Positions 20,454 to 31,821 of a stretch of DNA of 32,448 nt are shown piece by piece; position 1 is the first letter of the stretch; every line of letters starts with the position of its first letter. The notes beneath the pieces are model-generated. The model was given only the letters and a program-made list of their open reading frames with translations. It was not told the DNA's origin and did no database searches. A program made the translations under genes and the position numbers. Origin of the DNA: Octopus sinensis (lineage: Eukaryota); assembly GCF_006345805.1 (NCBI RefSeq), contig NW_021832513.1:1-32448 (forward strand), read 5' to 3'.

Positions 20454-21090
20454 CTAGCAGTATCGCCCGGCGTTGCTCGGGTTTGTAAGGGAAATAACTA
20501 TATAAGCATTTTTAGAGAGTTATAGCCAAAAAATAGCAAAAAAAGCATTAAAAATGGAAAAAATATGATGGTAAATTTTTTTTTAAATCGTTGACTCATC
20601 GTAGACATTTTTAGAGAGTTAATTCCCTTATATAATAGCGAAAAAATGCATTAAAATGGAAAAAAAAAACGATGGTAAATTTTTTTTTAAATCGTAGACT
20701 CATGTAGACGCTTTCTTAGCCATTTCTGTTTTGGTGTCTTCAAGCCATGAAGTCGTTGTTCTAAAAGAACACTGGTCTCCTTGACAACGCATTACGACGT
20801 TGATTCTCTTACACTCCCTTCCCCACAGGTGCAGGTGTGAGCGTGGACGCCAACTCCGCCGCCATCGACACGAAAAATTATGCATTAAAATGGAATAAAA
20901 AATGATGTTAAATTATTTTTAAAATCGGAGACTCATCGTAGACGCGCGCGCTAATATCAGACGGGCTCGATATGAATCACGACTATAAGCTACCCGAATT
21001 TGATTAACTGCAACGCAAAATGTGGGAGTAGTTAGGAATCTAAATCGAAGGGGACAGACATTCACACAACTACAGTTTTATATATATAGA
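20454..21090 (-). mobile_element. Complete non-autonomous Helitron (637 bp)
   Basis: 5' TC at 21090, 3' hairpin + CTAG at 20454, inserted between A and T. Internal repeats of an atgcattaaaatgg...aaatcgtagactcatcgtagac unit. Confidence 0.85.
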
Positions 21091-21157
21091 TATACATAGC
21101 ACAGTAGTGGTGAGATGTGACAGCAAAGAAAAGCATACATTCACTCTCTGCATGCAA

Positions 21158-21455
21158 TTAGACTCGGAAATTCGTGAGGAACCCATTGACCCAATTTGCT
21201 GACTTTTCCGATAGCACACAGGTCTCAAGAATGGTTGAATGACAAAATCCAAGCTTCTCTGCTAGTTCCCACCTCAGTTACGATGAGATTTTGTTCCACC
21301 AGGGTTTTCAGGATGTCCTTGTCGAGTTCTACAGATCTTTCAGGATGAGGCTCGTCTTCTAGGCTGTAGTTTATGGCTCGGGATTTCTGGAACCACCATT
21401 GACACTGGCCTTAACGCTTATTGTCCAATCCCCTATACTGCATTAATATTTCTTG
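21158..21455 (-). pseudogene. Mariner transposase fragment (same family as 4076-4832)
   Basis: DNA homology to 4410-4640, plus GKVSKLGQWVPHE with the WVPHE motif at 21171-21185. Confidence 0.85.
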
Positions 21456-21533
21456 TACTTCGCACACATTTATATTCTGTTATTCTTTTATATGTTTCAG
21501 CCTTGAGGTTGTGGCCATGCTGGATCATGTGTT

Positions 21534-22323
21534 GTGTGGTGTGTGTGTGTGTGTCTATCTGTCTGTCTGTCTGTATGTATATATGTATATGTATGTGTGT
21601 GAACAATAATATTTTCAACAGATGTGTTGCAAATGTATCTTGATTGTTCTCAAGCTTCAATACTGTGTGTGTAGTGTGTGTGTGTGTGTATGTATGTATA
21701 TGTATGTATGTATATGTATTGTATGTATGTATGTATGTGTGTATGTATGTATGTGTGTGTGTATGTATGTGTGTGTATGTGTATGTGTGTGTATGTATGT
21801 ATGTATGTATGTATGTATGTATGAGTGTATGTTTACTTTATTACTAACACAAGCCACTACGGTTATTTAATTGTAAAGTCTTCCTCAAATCACTCTCTCT
21901 CTCTCTCTCTCTCTCTCTCGCTATTTACTCTCTTCCAAGAACATTTTCACTCACTCTTAGCTCTTAGCTTCCCATACATTTTACTCATGTATCTATCAGC
22001 GACATAGACAGAATACTTTCAGTTTAGTCTTCCTCAAATCACTCTGTCGCTATTTACTTTCATTTTATTCGTTGCCCACTGTGTGTGTGCGTTTGCGTGT
22101 GGTGTAAACCAGACTAAGAAAAGCATTTGACACACACACCAGAATGTGAGTTTTCTGTAAATTTTGCTTAATTGGAGTTAAAATTTTAAAAACTGGACCT
22201 GGCATGACGCGATGCATTGTACTCTGAAAAATGCTAGGTAAATTGTATTGAAGAAATCCTATATTGTAGATTTCTATAACTCCCAAAGGGAGGCAGATAA
22301 AATCTGCCTTTTATATAATATAT

Positions 22324-22361
<38 letters not shown>

Positions 22362-22750
22362 CGATGGTCTTCTTTCAGTTTCCGTCTACCAAATCCACTC
22401 ACAAGGCTTTGGTCGGCCCGAGGCTATAGTAGAAGGCACTTGCCCAAGGTGCCACGCAGTGGGACTGAACCCAGAACCATGTGGTTGGCAAGCAAGCAAA
22501 CTACTTAGGTTCTGCAACCATCTAAGGGATAGATGTATCCATAGGCACTCCTGGCGTATTACCTCAGTATGTGTGGTTCTTGTTATAAGGTATTCGGTAT
22601 GGAGACGATAAGAAATGGAGAAATGATTATCAATGAGAAGTGGATCATTAGTGTTTTAAAGTCATTGCTTAATTAAATAATGATCACTTCTCATTGTTAA
22701 TTATTGCTCCATTTTTTATCCGCTTTCTCTCTCTCTCTCTCTCCCTCTCT

Positions 22751-22807
<57 letters not shown>

Positions 22808-23211
22808 GTTAATCCAAACATGAAAACACAAAGAGAAAACACAACAACGCAAGGACGTGGAACAAGTATAGTGTTATATATATATGTGTGTATGTGTGTG
22901 TATAGAGAGAGAGAGAGAGAGAGAGAGAGGGGGATGAGATTTACCGGGAAACCCGCTGTTTTGGGCTTCCGAGAAATTCAACATGAATCTTGCATGTCAG
23001 GGCTATGTCATTCTTTTCGAAAACAGGTTTTATTTAAAAGCGGCTGATTTTTAAATAACGTTTGTAATTGTTACAATTATAATTGAAGTATCGAGTATAT
23101 TTATAAAGAGAGACGTTCTAGCTTTGACCATCCTGTTTGAATAGACAATCTATCTGTATGCATGCATACATACATAGATACATACATACATGCATGCATT
23201 ATCTTTCCACA

Positions 23212-23252
<41 letters not shown>

Positions 23253-23429
23253 GTACACGTACATATTCATACACACGCGTGTGTGTGTGTGTGTGGTGTG
23301 TGTGTGTGTCTATCTGTCTGTCTGTCTGTATGTATATATGTATATGTATGTGTGTGAACAATAATATTTTCAACAGATGTGTTGCAAATGTATCTGATTG
23401 TTCTCAAGCTTCAATACTGTGTGTGTGTA

Positions 23430-23460
<31 letters not shown>

Positions 23461-24085
23461 ATGTATGTATGTATGTATATGTATGTATGTATGTATGTGT
23501 GTATGTATGTATGTGTGTGTGTATGTATGTATGTGTGTATGTATGTATGTGTGTGTATGTATGTATGTATGTATATGTATGTATGTATGAGTGTATGTTT
23601 ACTTTATTACTAACACAAGCCACTACGGTTATTTAATTGTAAAGTCTTCCTCAAATCACTCTCTCTCTCTCTCTCTCTCTCTCTCGCTATTTACTCTCTT
23701 CCAAGAACATTTTCACTCACTCTTAGCTCTTAGCTTCCCATACATTTTACTCATGTATCTATCAGCGACATAGACAGAATACTTTCAGTTTAGTCTTCCT
23801 CAAATCACTCTGTCGCTATTTACTTTCATTTTATTCGTTGCCCACTGTGTGTGTGCGTTTGCGTGTGGTGTAAACCAGACTAAGAAAAGCATTTGACACA
23901 CACACCAGAATGTGAGTTTTCTGTAATTTTGCTTAATTGGAGTTAAAATTTTAAAAACTGGACCTGGCATGACGCGATGCATTGTACTCTGAAAAATGCT
24001 AGGTAAATTGTAATTGAAGAAATCCTATATTGTAGATTTCTATAACTCCCAAAGGGAGGCAGATAAAATCTGCCTTTTATAATAA

Positions 24086-24120
<35 letters not shown>

Positions 24121-24122
24121 AA

Positions 24123-24153
<31 letters not shown>

Positions 24154-25084
24154 CGATGGTCTTCTTTCAGTTTCCGTCTACCAAATCCACTCACAAGGCT
24201 TTGGTCGGCCCGAGGCTATAGTAGAAGGCACTTGCCCAGGTGCCACGCAGTGGGACTGAACCCAGAACCATGTGGTTGGCAAGCAAGCAAACTACTTAGG
24301 TTCTGCACCATCTAAGGGATAGATGTATCCATAGGCACTCCTGGCGTATTACCTCAGTATGTGTGGTTCTTGTTATAAGGTATTCGGTATGGAGACGATA
24401 AGAAATGGAGAAATGATTATCAATGAGAAGTGGATCATTAGTGTTTTAAAGTCATTGCTTAATTAATAATGATCACTTCTCATGTTAATTATTGCTCCAT
24501 TTTTTATCCGCTTTCTCTCTCTCTCTCTCTCCCTCTCTCCACACACACACACACAACACACACACACACACACCCACACACACACACACATATATATATA
24601 TAGTTAATCCAAACATGAAAACACAAAGAGAAAACACAACAACGCAGGACGTGGAACAAGTATAGTGTTAATATATATGTGTGTATGTGTGTGTATAGAG
24701 AGAGAGAGAGAGAGAGAGGGGGGGATGAGATTTACCGGGAAACCCGCTGTTTTGGGCTTCCGAGAAATTCAACATGAATCTTGCATGTCAGGGCTATGTC
24801 ATTCTTTTCGAAAACAGGTTTTATTTAAAAGCGGCTGATTTTTAAATAACGTTTGTAATTGTTACAATTATAATTGAAGTATCGAGTATATTTATAAAGA
24901 GAGACGTTCTAGCTTTGACCATCCTGTTTGAATAGACAATCTATCTGTATGCATGCATACATACATAGATACATACATACATGCATGCATTATCTTTCCA
25001 CATGCATATATATATATATATATATATACACGTACACGTACATATTCATACACACGCGTGTGTGTGTGTGTGTGTGTGTGTGTG
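21534..25084. repeat. Tandem duplication, ~1.76-kb unit (21534-23290, 23291-25084)
   Basis: Near-identical copies including Helitron-like, SINE A, PLE and unique parts. Junctions lie in (GT)n. Confidence 0.95.
22361..22500 (-). mobile_element. SINE family A, 5' half (duplicate at 24152-24290)
   Basis: cttctttcagtttccgtctacc...gggactgaacccagaaccatgtgg. Confidence 0.88.
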
Positions 25085-25184
25085 CCTATCTACTGGTGAC
25101 TACAATTAATTCAATCAGGATATTATTTTAGGACACCACGTGAACTTAGATAAGTTACCTAAAAAACCCGATGGGATGTGCGTT

Positions 25185-25255
25185 TAAAAAACACACACAC
25201 ACACACACGCACGCACACACTTACACACTCGTACGGACACACACACTCGCACATG

Positions 25256-25292
<37 letters not shown>

Positions 25293-25342
25293 TCGCACAT
25301 GCACACACACGCACATACTCGCGTACACACACACACACACCC

Positions 25343-25377
<35 letters not shown>

Positions 25378-25580
25378 TTGCACGCACACACACACTCGCA
25401 GGTACACACACACTCGCACACATACACACTCGTACGCACACACACACACACTCGCACACACATACTCGCATGAACACACACACACACACACGTACTCGCA
25501 CACGCACACACACACTCGCATACACGCACATGTATGTATGTGTGTGTATATATATGTATATATATCTATATATATATATA
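25185..25580. repeat. Compound (CA)n with ctcgca interruptions
   Basis: Seen directly. Confidence 0.92.
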
Positions 25581-25604
25581 ACGTTTGTTTCTTAATACTG
25601 GTGA

Positions 25605-25712
25605 AGGCGCGTGCTCTAGTGGCTCACGATAGTAATGTCGTGAGTTCGATTCCTGACAGCGCGTTGTGTTCTTGAGTAAGACTCTTTTAGGCTGCTCGAG
25701 TCAACTCCGTTG
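25605..25712 (+). mobile_element. SINE family D, 5' fragment
   Basis: gtgaaggcgcgtg head, gagttcgattcc B-box and gcgttgtgttcttgag, as at 8788. Confidence 0.75.
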
Positions 25713-25787
25713 TGTGACTTTTAGAAGACCCCTGTAACTTTTTCATAATTTAAGCACCTTTTATTCATGGCTATATTTTACTTTATT

Positions 25788-26172
25788 AAGGCGCCGAGCT
25801 GGCAGAATCGTTTGCACGGCGGGCGAAATGCGTGGCGGTTTTTCATCTGCCGTTACGTTCTGAGTTCAAATTCCGCCGAGGTCTTCTTTGCCTTTCATCC
25901 TTTCGGGGTCGATTAAATAAGTACCAGTTACGCACTGGGGTCAATATAATCGACTTAATCCGTCTGTCTGTCCTTGTTTGTCTCCTCTGTGTTTAGCCCC
26001 TTGTGGGTAGTAAAGAATCAGGTATTTCGTCTGTCTTTATGTTCTGAGTTCAATTTCCGCCGATGTCGACTTTGCCTTTCATCCTTTCGCACTGGGGTCG
26101 ATGTAATCGACTTAATCCATTTGTCTGTCCTTGTTTGTCCCCTCTATGCTTAGCCCCTAGTGGGCAATAACC
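25788..26172 (+). mobile_element. SINE family B, dimeric
   Basis: Head aggcgccgagctggcagaatcg and two B-box+core units. Confidence 0.9.
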
Positions 26173-26611
26173 AAATATATATTTTACTTTATTCTATCTG
26201 AAGTTCAATAATCCACGTTTTCCCAAAGAACATCTTTAAAAGTACAATAAGTTAAATTTATTTTGGTCTATTACAAATTTCAATAAGTAAAACTACCAGA
26301 TATGAGTAAAAGAGAACTTTTATAATCCAGAACTTTCAAAGACAAACATGGCGCACTTTTCGCTTCGTGAAATCATTGACCAGTTCAGAATAATCAAGCC
26401 GAGGGCTAAGTCCATGTTCAATTGATATCATAGACAATCCACAAAGTCTGATACACGTTCGTGGTAAATGTAATATTTTTACCAGAACTTTTGCAGGTAC
26501 AGTGTATGACCATTTTATTTCTTGAAATTTTCAGTTAACATAGTTTAATTCTTGTTCAACATCTTAACCACAGTAAATAGATGACTTACCTACGCACTTT
26601 GATCTTAACAC

Positions 26612-26677
26612 GGGGCCCCTTAACCGCGGAGGCCCCCCTGCGACCACAGAGATTGCAGGGACTTAGTGACAGCCCTG
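26612..26677 (+). mobile_element. Possible hAT-type MITE 3' end (CAGGG TIR)
   Basis: ggggcccc/ggccccc subterminal motifs, ending gtgacagccctg. Confidence 0.4.
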
Positions 26678-26749
26678 GTTCCTGTCCACTCAGCTAGCAA
26701 AAACGAGTAGTATCTGTATTTCAAAAGCCCAGCTTCATCACATTGTGTC
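26678..26749 (+). mobile_element. SINE family C/D-type segment, left of insertion
   Basis: gtccactcagct..gagtag matches family D (8899-8935). tatttcaaaag...cacattgtgtc matches family C (8055-8090). Confidence 0.65.
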
Positions 26750-27712
26750 CACTAGCCCAGCTTGAATATGTGCCGCCCGTGGCGCGAAAATTTTTTTCCT
26801 ACGAGAATTCTGGACCTCAGTAATGAACTCATTTGCATACAGCCAATCAGAGCAGACCCACCTTTATCCTTTCTTCCTTTCTAGTCAGTACCGTGCATTC
26901 CTTACTCTTTCCATTTCTACTGGCAGGCAGTAACCTTTTTGCCCCTATCGCAAAAACATTTCGTTAACACCACATGTGCTACTGTCTCTAACTACCCGTC
27001 GGTAGTAAATAAATTTATGTAAATACATCTTCCTTCTTGGTGTTGATCCTTCCATGTTCTCTGGTCACTCCGACGTTGGCACAAATAATAATTCACTTGA
27101 CCAGACTGAATTGCTGGAGTTTTTTTCCTTTTGACAACGATATTGACAACGTGTGCTATTTTGTAACGAACAAAATGACAGCTTCCAAATCCTGTTTCCT
27201 GACTGCGGGAAAAATGATGAAACTTGAAACCTCTATAACTTCTTAAAAACATTTTTCTGGAAAAATGAAATAACTCCGGCAATTCAGTCTGGGCAAGTGT
27301 ATAATTGTACCAACGTCGGAGTAACCAGAGAACATCGAAGGATTGACACCAAGGTAGGAGAAATATTGTTTACATAAATTTATTTACTATCGACAGGTAG
27401 TTAGGGACAGTAGTACTCGTGGTGATGGCGAAATCTTTTTGCGATAAGGACAAAAAGGTTGCTGCCTGCCAGTAGAAAGAGTAAGGAATGCACGGTACTG
27501 ACTAGAAAGGAAGAAAGGATAAAGGTGGGTCCGCTCTGATTGGATGCATGCAAATGAGTTCATTACTGGGATCCGGGACTCTCGTGGGAAAAAAATTTTC
27601 ACATCCGGTGCGGCTATTCCGTTTGCCGCCTGCCCCCCCCCCACCAAAAAAAAACATATTGCGTACAGCAGACCCAAAAGTGCTGTCCGTGGCGGACCGC
27701 TATTACCCACCC
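26750..27712. mobile_element. Foldback DNA element with hAT-like termini
   Basis: Long imperfect inverted arms 26786-27121 and 27272-27600 with a 150-bp spacer. Candidate 8-bp TSD attgtgtc/actgtatc. 27655-27700 is homologous to the MITE at 14464. Confidence 0.75.
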
Positions 27713-27860
27713 ACTGTATCACTCTGAATCCCCCTAAGAACTACATTAAGGGTGCACTTGTTAGTGGTGTACTCAACCACTTGCACGTTAATTTCACGAG
27801 CAGGCTGTTTCGTTGATCAGATCAACTGGAATACTCGTCGTTGTAACCGACGGAGGACCA
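27713..27860 (+). mobile_element. SINE family C, 3' segment right of insertion
   Basis: actctgaatcccctaagaactac...ccacttgcacgttaatttcacgagcaggctg...gatcaactggaa, continuing the sequence broken at 26749. Confidence 0.8.
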
Positions 27861-28019
27861 CTTAGTGTAATAAAAACAACTTTAAATTGATCTGAGGGGT
27901 TACTCCATACTTTCGTAAAGTGCAAGTTTATTCTTAAACAAGAATATTGCTGACAGTGACTTCGAAGTTTGCCTTCTGAACGAATTACATTGACGGAAGT
28001 TTTGTGGAGGTTCGTCTTA

Positions 28020-28269
28020 TGTGGGCCCTTGCGCCATTAGAATCCATATATGGGGGCCCATGCCCTCAAGTTTGAGAATTTTTTATTCACTCCTGGAAGA
28101 ATGCATTCATTATTTTAGCTTGGTTGTTTACACAGTTGAAAAGAATACTTTTAGCAAAAGAAAAAAAATTAAATGATAGCATTGTAGTTGCGGGTGGACC
28201 CCTTTGTAGTTGCGGGTGGGCTCCCTTAGTTTCCTGGCAACCAATGTTTTTGGACCCAATCCGCCACTG
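28020..28269 (+). mobile_element. Possible hAT-type element 3' end
   Basis: gggccc/gggggcccc subterminal motifs and terminus aatccgccactg (CAGTGGCGGATT-type TIR). Confidence 0.45.
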
Positions 28270-28382
28270 GGTGTAGTTACAAGTAAAATGACAATTATAA
28301 AAAAGAGAATAAAAAAGAAATATGTCAACTGGTTTTATTCTTTTCTACTCTGTGCACGAGGCCCGAAAGTTTTGGGAAGGGG

Positions 28383-28737
28383 GCCAGTCGATTAGATCGA
28401 CCCCAGTACACAACTGGTACTTAATTTATCGACCTCGAAAGGATGAAAGGCAAAGTCGACCTCGGCAGAATTTGAATTCAGAACATAAAGACAGACGAAA
28501 TACCTATTTCTTTACTACCCACAAGGGGCTAAACACAGAGAGGACAAACAAGGACAGACAAACGGATTAAGTCGATTACATCGACCCCAGTGCGTAACTG
28601 GTACTTATTTAATCGACCCCGAAAGGATGAAAAACAAAGTCGACCTCGGCGGAATTTGAACTCAGAACGTAACGGCAGACGAAATACGGTTACGCATTTC
28701 GCCCGGCGTGCTAACGATTCTGCCAGCTCGCCGCCTT
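28383..28737 (-). mobile_element. SINE family B, dimeric
   Basis: Reverse complement of the 3588 and 25788 copies. Confidence 0.92.
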
Positions 28738-29017
28738 TTAAACTGGTTTTATTAACTGATTTACCTCAAAGACGGGACGATTTATGCGCTCGTACTTCAA
28801 GACAAAAATTCGCACAAGTCTCAGTTCGTACAGCAAATTACAATGGGACACTCATAATGCGAGGTTCTACTGTGTTTCAAAATTAGCGCCATATTTCATG
28901 CATCATATCCAGCAAGTTGTACTATATTCCATAAACTGGATCATATTACATAAATCCCACCTTATTCGTTTTACTTATGAATTTTTAAAAAACAGCGAAA
29001 ACAAGAATGTCTTGAAG

Positions 29018-29150
29018 AAGCTTCCTTCCGGGTTCAGTCCCACTGCATGGCACATTGGACAAATTGTCTTCTACTGTGGCCTCAGCCCGAGCCTATAGTA
29101 GAAACATTGTGAGTGGATTTGGTAGACAGAAACTGAAAGAAACCCGTCGT
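29018..29150 (+). mobile_element. SINE family A, 5' half
   Basis: gggttcagtcccactgc...gtgagtggatttggtagac...cccgtcg. Confidence 0.85.
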
Positions 29151-29172
29151 ATATACATATATGCTTTAATGC

Positions 29173-29366
29173 GTTTCAGTCATTTGACTGCGGCCATCCT
29201 GGAGCATCGCCTTTATTCGAACAAATGAACCCCTGAACTTATTCTTTGTAAGCCTAGTACTTCTTATTCGATTGGTCTCTTTTGCCGAACCACTAAATAA
29301 CGGGGACGTAAACACACCGACATCGGTTGTCAAGCGATGCTGGAGGTGGGGCGTGCAAACTCAAAC
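29173..29366 (-). mobile_element. SINE family A, 3' half
   Basis: gtttcagtcatttgactgcggcc...ggttgtcaagcgatg. Confidence 0.88.
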
Positions 29367-29436
<70 letters not shown>

Positions 29437-29537
29437 TCAATATAGGGTGGTGAAAAAATTTTGTAGAATTCTTTTTGCCACCAAGCGGCCTAGTGGGAAA
29501 AATTAAATAGTCATAGACCATTTTTAAGTTCAACATC

Positions 29538-30017
29538 AACAATCAAGGAACGGCCATAATAGGCCATCACCCCTAGAAATACAGCCAAAGCTTAATCTTC
29601 AACAACCGCAATAAAGATCAATTCCGTAAACAGGAGAAAATTTAAATTTTCTGGTTAATTCCGTAATGGATCGACGGCTTATATTTATTTGCTGCCGAAA
29701 TTTTGGCGCGAGTGCGACGATTTGAAAATTTTAGGTCAGATTGCCTTGGCAGTGTCGGAAATGCCTCGTGAAAATATCGTTCCGACTTGGCTATTTCTTG
29801 CTGAAGAATCTGAGGGCCTATGGAAGATTGGCTTGATTTAATTTAATCAGGTAGTTTACCATAAACAGCAGACGAAACGGTACATCGTACAAGAAATTAC
29901 AGGTTAAATGTTTTTTTAAATTTTCTCCTGTTTACGGAATTGATTTTATTTGCGGTTGAAGCTTTGGCTGTTATTTCTAGTGGGTGAATTGCCTATTATG
30001 GCCGTTCCTTGATTGTT
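29538..30017. mobile_element. 480-bp MITE with ~105-bp imperfect TIRs
   Basis: aacaatcaaggaacggccataatagg...ggagaaaatttaaa (29538-29646) is mirrored at 29915-30017. Confidence 0.85.
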
Positions 30018-30039
30018 TATATATATATATTATATATAC

Positions 30040-30192
30040 GATTGGCTTCTTCACTTTCCGCTATCAAATCCACTCACAAGGCTTTGGTCCTCCGAGGCTA
30101 TAGTAGAAAATACTTGCCCAAGGTGCCACGCAGTGAGCCTGAACCATGTGGTTGGGAAGCAAGCTACTTACCACACAGCCACTCCTGCGCCT
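30040..30192 (-). mobile_element. SINE family A, 5' half
   Basis: Ends cttaccacacagccactcctgcgcc, the reverse complement of the head. Confidence 0.9.
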
Positions 30193-30349
30193 ATATATAT
30201 ATATATATATATATATATTGCAGTTAAGCCTATGTCCGGTCATAGAGTGACCAATAGTTTCGTATCCGTAAAGGGCCTAGTCTCATGGACGGCTCGTGAG
30301 ACTCTACAGCCGAAGGCATATAACTCTCTCTATATATATACGATTTATG

Positions 30350-30523
30350 TGTGTATGTTTATACACCCCACCTCACTGCTTGATAACCGGTGGTGGTGTG
30401 TTTACGTCCTCGTAACTTAGCGCTTCGGCAAAAGAGCGCGATCGAATAAGCATTATGCTTTACAAGTACTGGGGCCGATTCGTTCGATTGAAATTCTTCA
30501 AGGCAGTGCCCCAGCATGGCCGT
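30350..30523 (+). mobile_element. SINE family A, 3' half (diverged)
   Basis: gtgtttacgtcctcgtaacttagcg...ccccagcatggccg. Confidence 0.8.
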
Positions 30524-31423
30524 ATAAAATGGTAAGTAAAGCGTAGCTCGGAAGATGAAACCGAATTTCTTTGAAGGAACTGAAATAAATTGTTATTTGA
30601 AATATTGGCTTGTATGGTCTTCCATACTTTACTTTACGCTCTTAAAGGCTTTTCTTAGCCTTAGATAAAGTCTTCTTCCGCTTTTATCTCCATTAGCAAC
30701 CCTGGCAGTGAGCCAAATCTGAGGAATGCAGAAGGAGTGTGCCACTTGGGGTATTATCTTTCGCGCAGTTCTTCTACATCTCGAAGAATTCTCTCTAATC
30801 AGATGTAAAACGGGGAACATACAAGCTAACGAGGGAGTTGCCAGCGTAGGCGCTTGGTGTGCTAGAAATAGCAGCCAGATCAGTATACTCACACCTCAGC
30901 GGATTGAAGAAAACGAAAAAGAGAAACATACGTGTTTCTTAAAGTGGGGTGCACACCCGACTGGTGGGGTGGGGAGTGGAAGCATTTGGGATATAGGTTA
31001 GTTCGGAATGAGATGTTATGAGAGTAACAAGGGAAGAAAACTTGGTATTAAGTTCGAAATAGAATTTCTTCTGAATATTCGCGGATAGGAAAATCTTCTC
31101 TCTTCTGTCGCGTCTTATTCGACTATTTTCCTTAGTCATTGCACGGTGATCGCCATAAACTTCATGCTTATATAAAAATACTATTATTATTATTTATAAA
31201 TCAAGGCGTCGTAATAAAAAAAAAAAATAGTATGAGTGTATTTTTACCTTGTTAACAATTAACACGAAAAAAAAACAAAAAAAAACAAATAGTTACCTGG
31301 GTAGCAAAAAATTGTTTTTAAAGGTGGAAACTTCGTGTTTACGTGGAATTTTTTTGTATCAGTGAAATCTTCGAAACATATGTCAAAAGTAAAAGTATTT
31401 GATTTATACCTGCGTTAAACTCC

Positions 31424-31462
<39 letters not shown>

Positions 31463-31821
31463 ATTTGAAAACCCCACTGGAATGGGAGAAAGCGCTAATA
31501 ATCTGAATGATATGATCTGAATGATATGATATATATATGTAAAAAATGTAATATATAAATAAATATCTATAAACATGAACCATCCGATCTTCTGATTACC
31601 TCATTTCTTCTAATATATATATATATATATATATGGAACGAAAACGATGTAGAGGACAATAAAAACATTCGGACAGATAGACGATACAGAAGCGGGCAAG
31701 AGAAACAACAATTAGAAGGACAGGCAACCGCCCCCCCCCCAAAAAAAAAACGGGTCATGCGTGGCTTTCTTTCTTCAGTCAAGTACCAAACGTTATATAT
31801 ATATATATATATATATATACA

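Noticed and set aside
20820-20845. Splice-like ccccacag|gtgcag|gtgtga micro-exon inside the Helitron
   Set aside because: Short motifs are expected by chance, and there is no supporting reading frame.
20454-20950. Repeat-spacer pattern suggestive of a CRISPR array
   Set aside because: Eukaryotic context, long degenerate units inside Helitron termini, and no cas genes.
21622-25675. Cys/His/Val-rich ORFs resembling metal-binding or membrane peptides
   Set aside because: They are (TG)n/(CA)n-derived, with no real domain structure.
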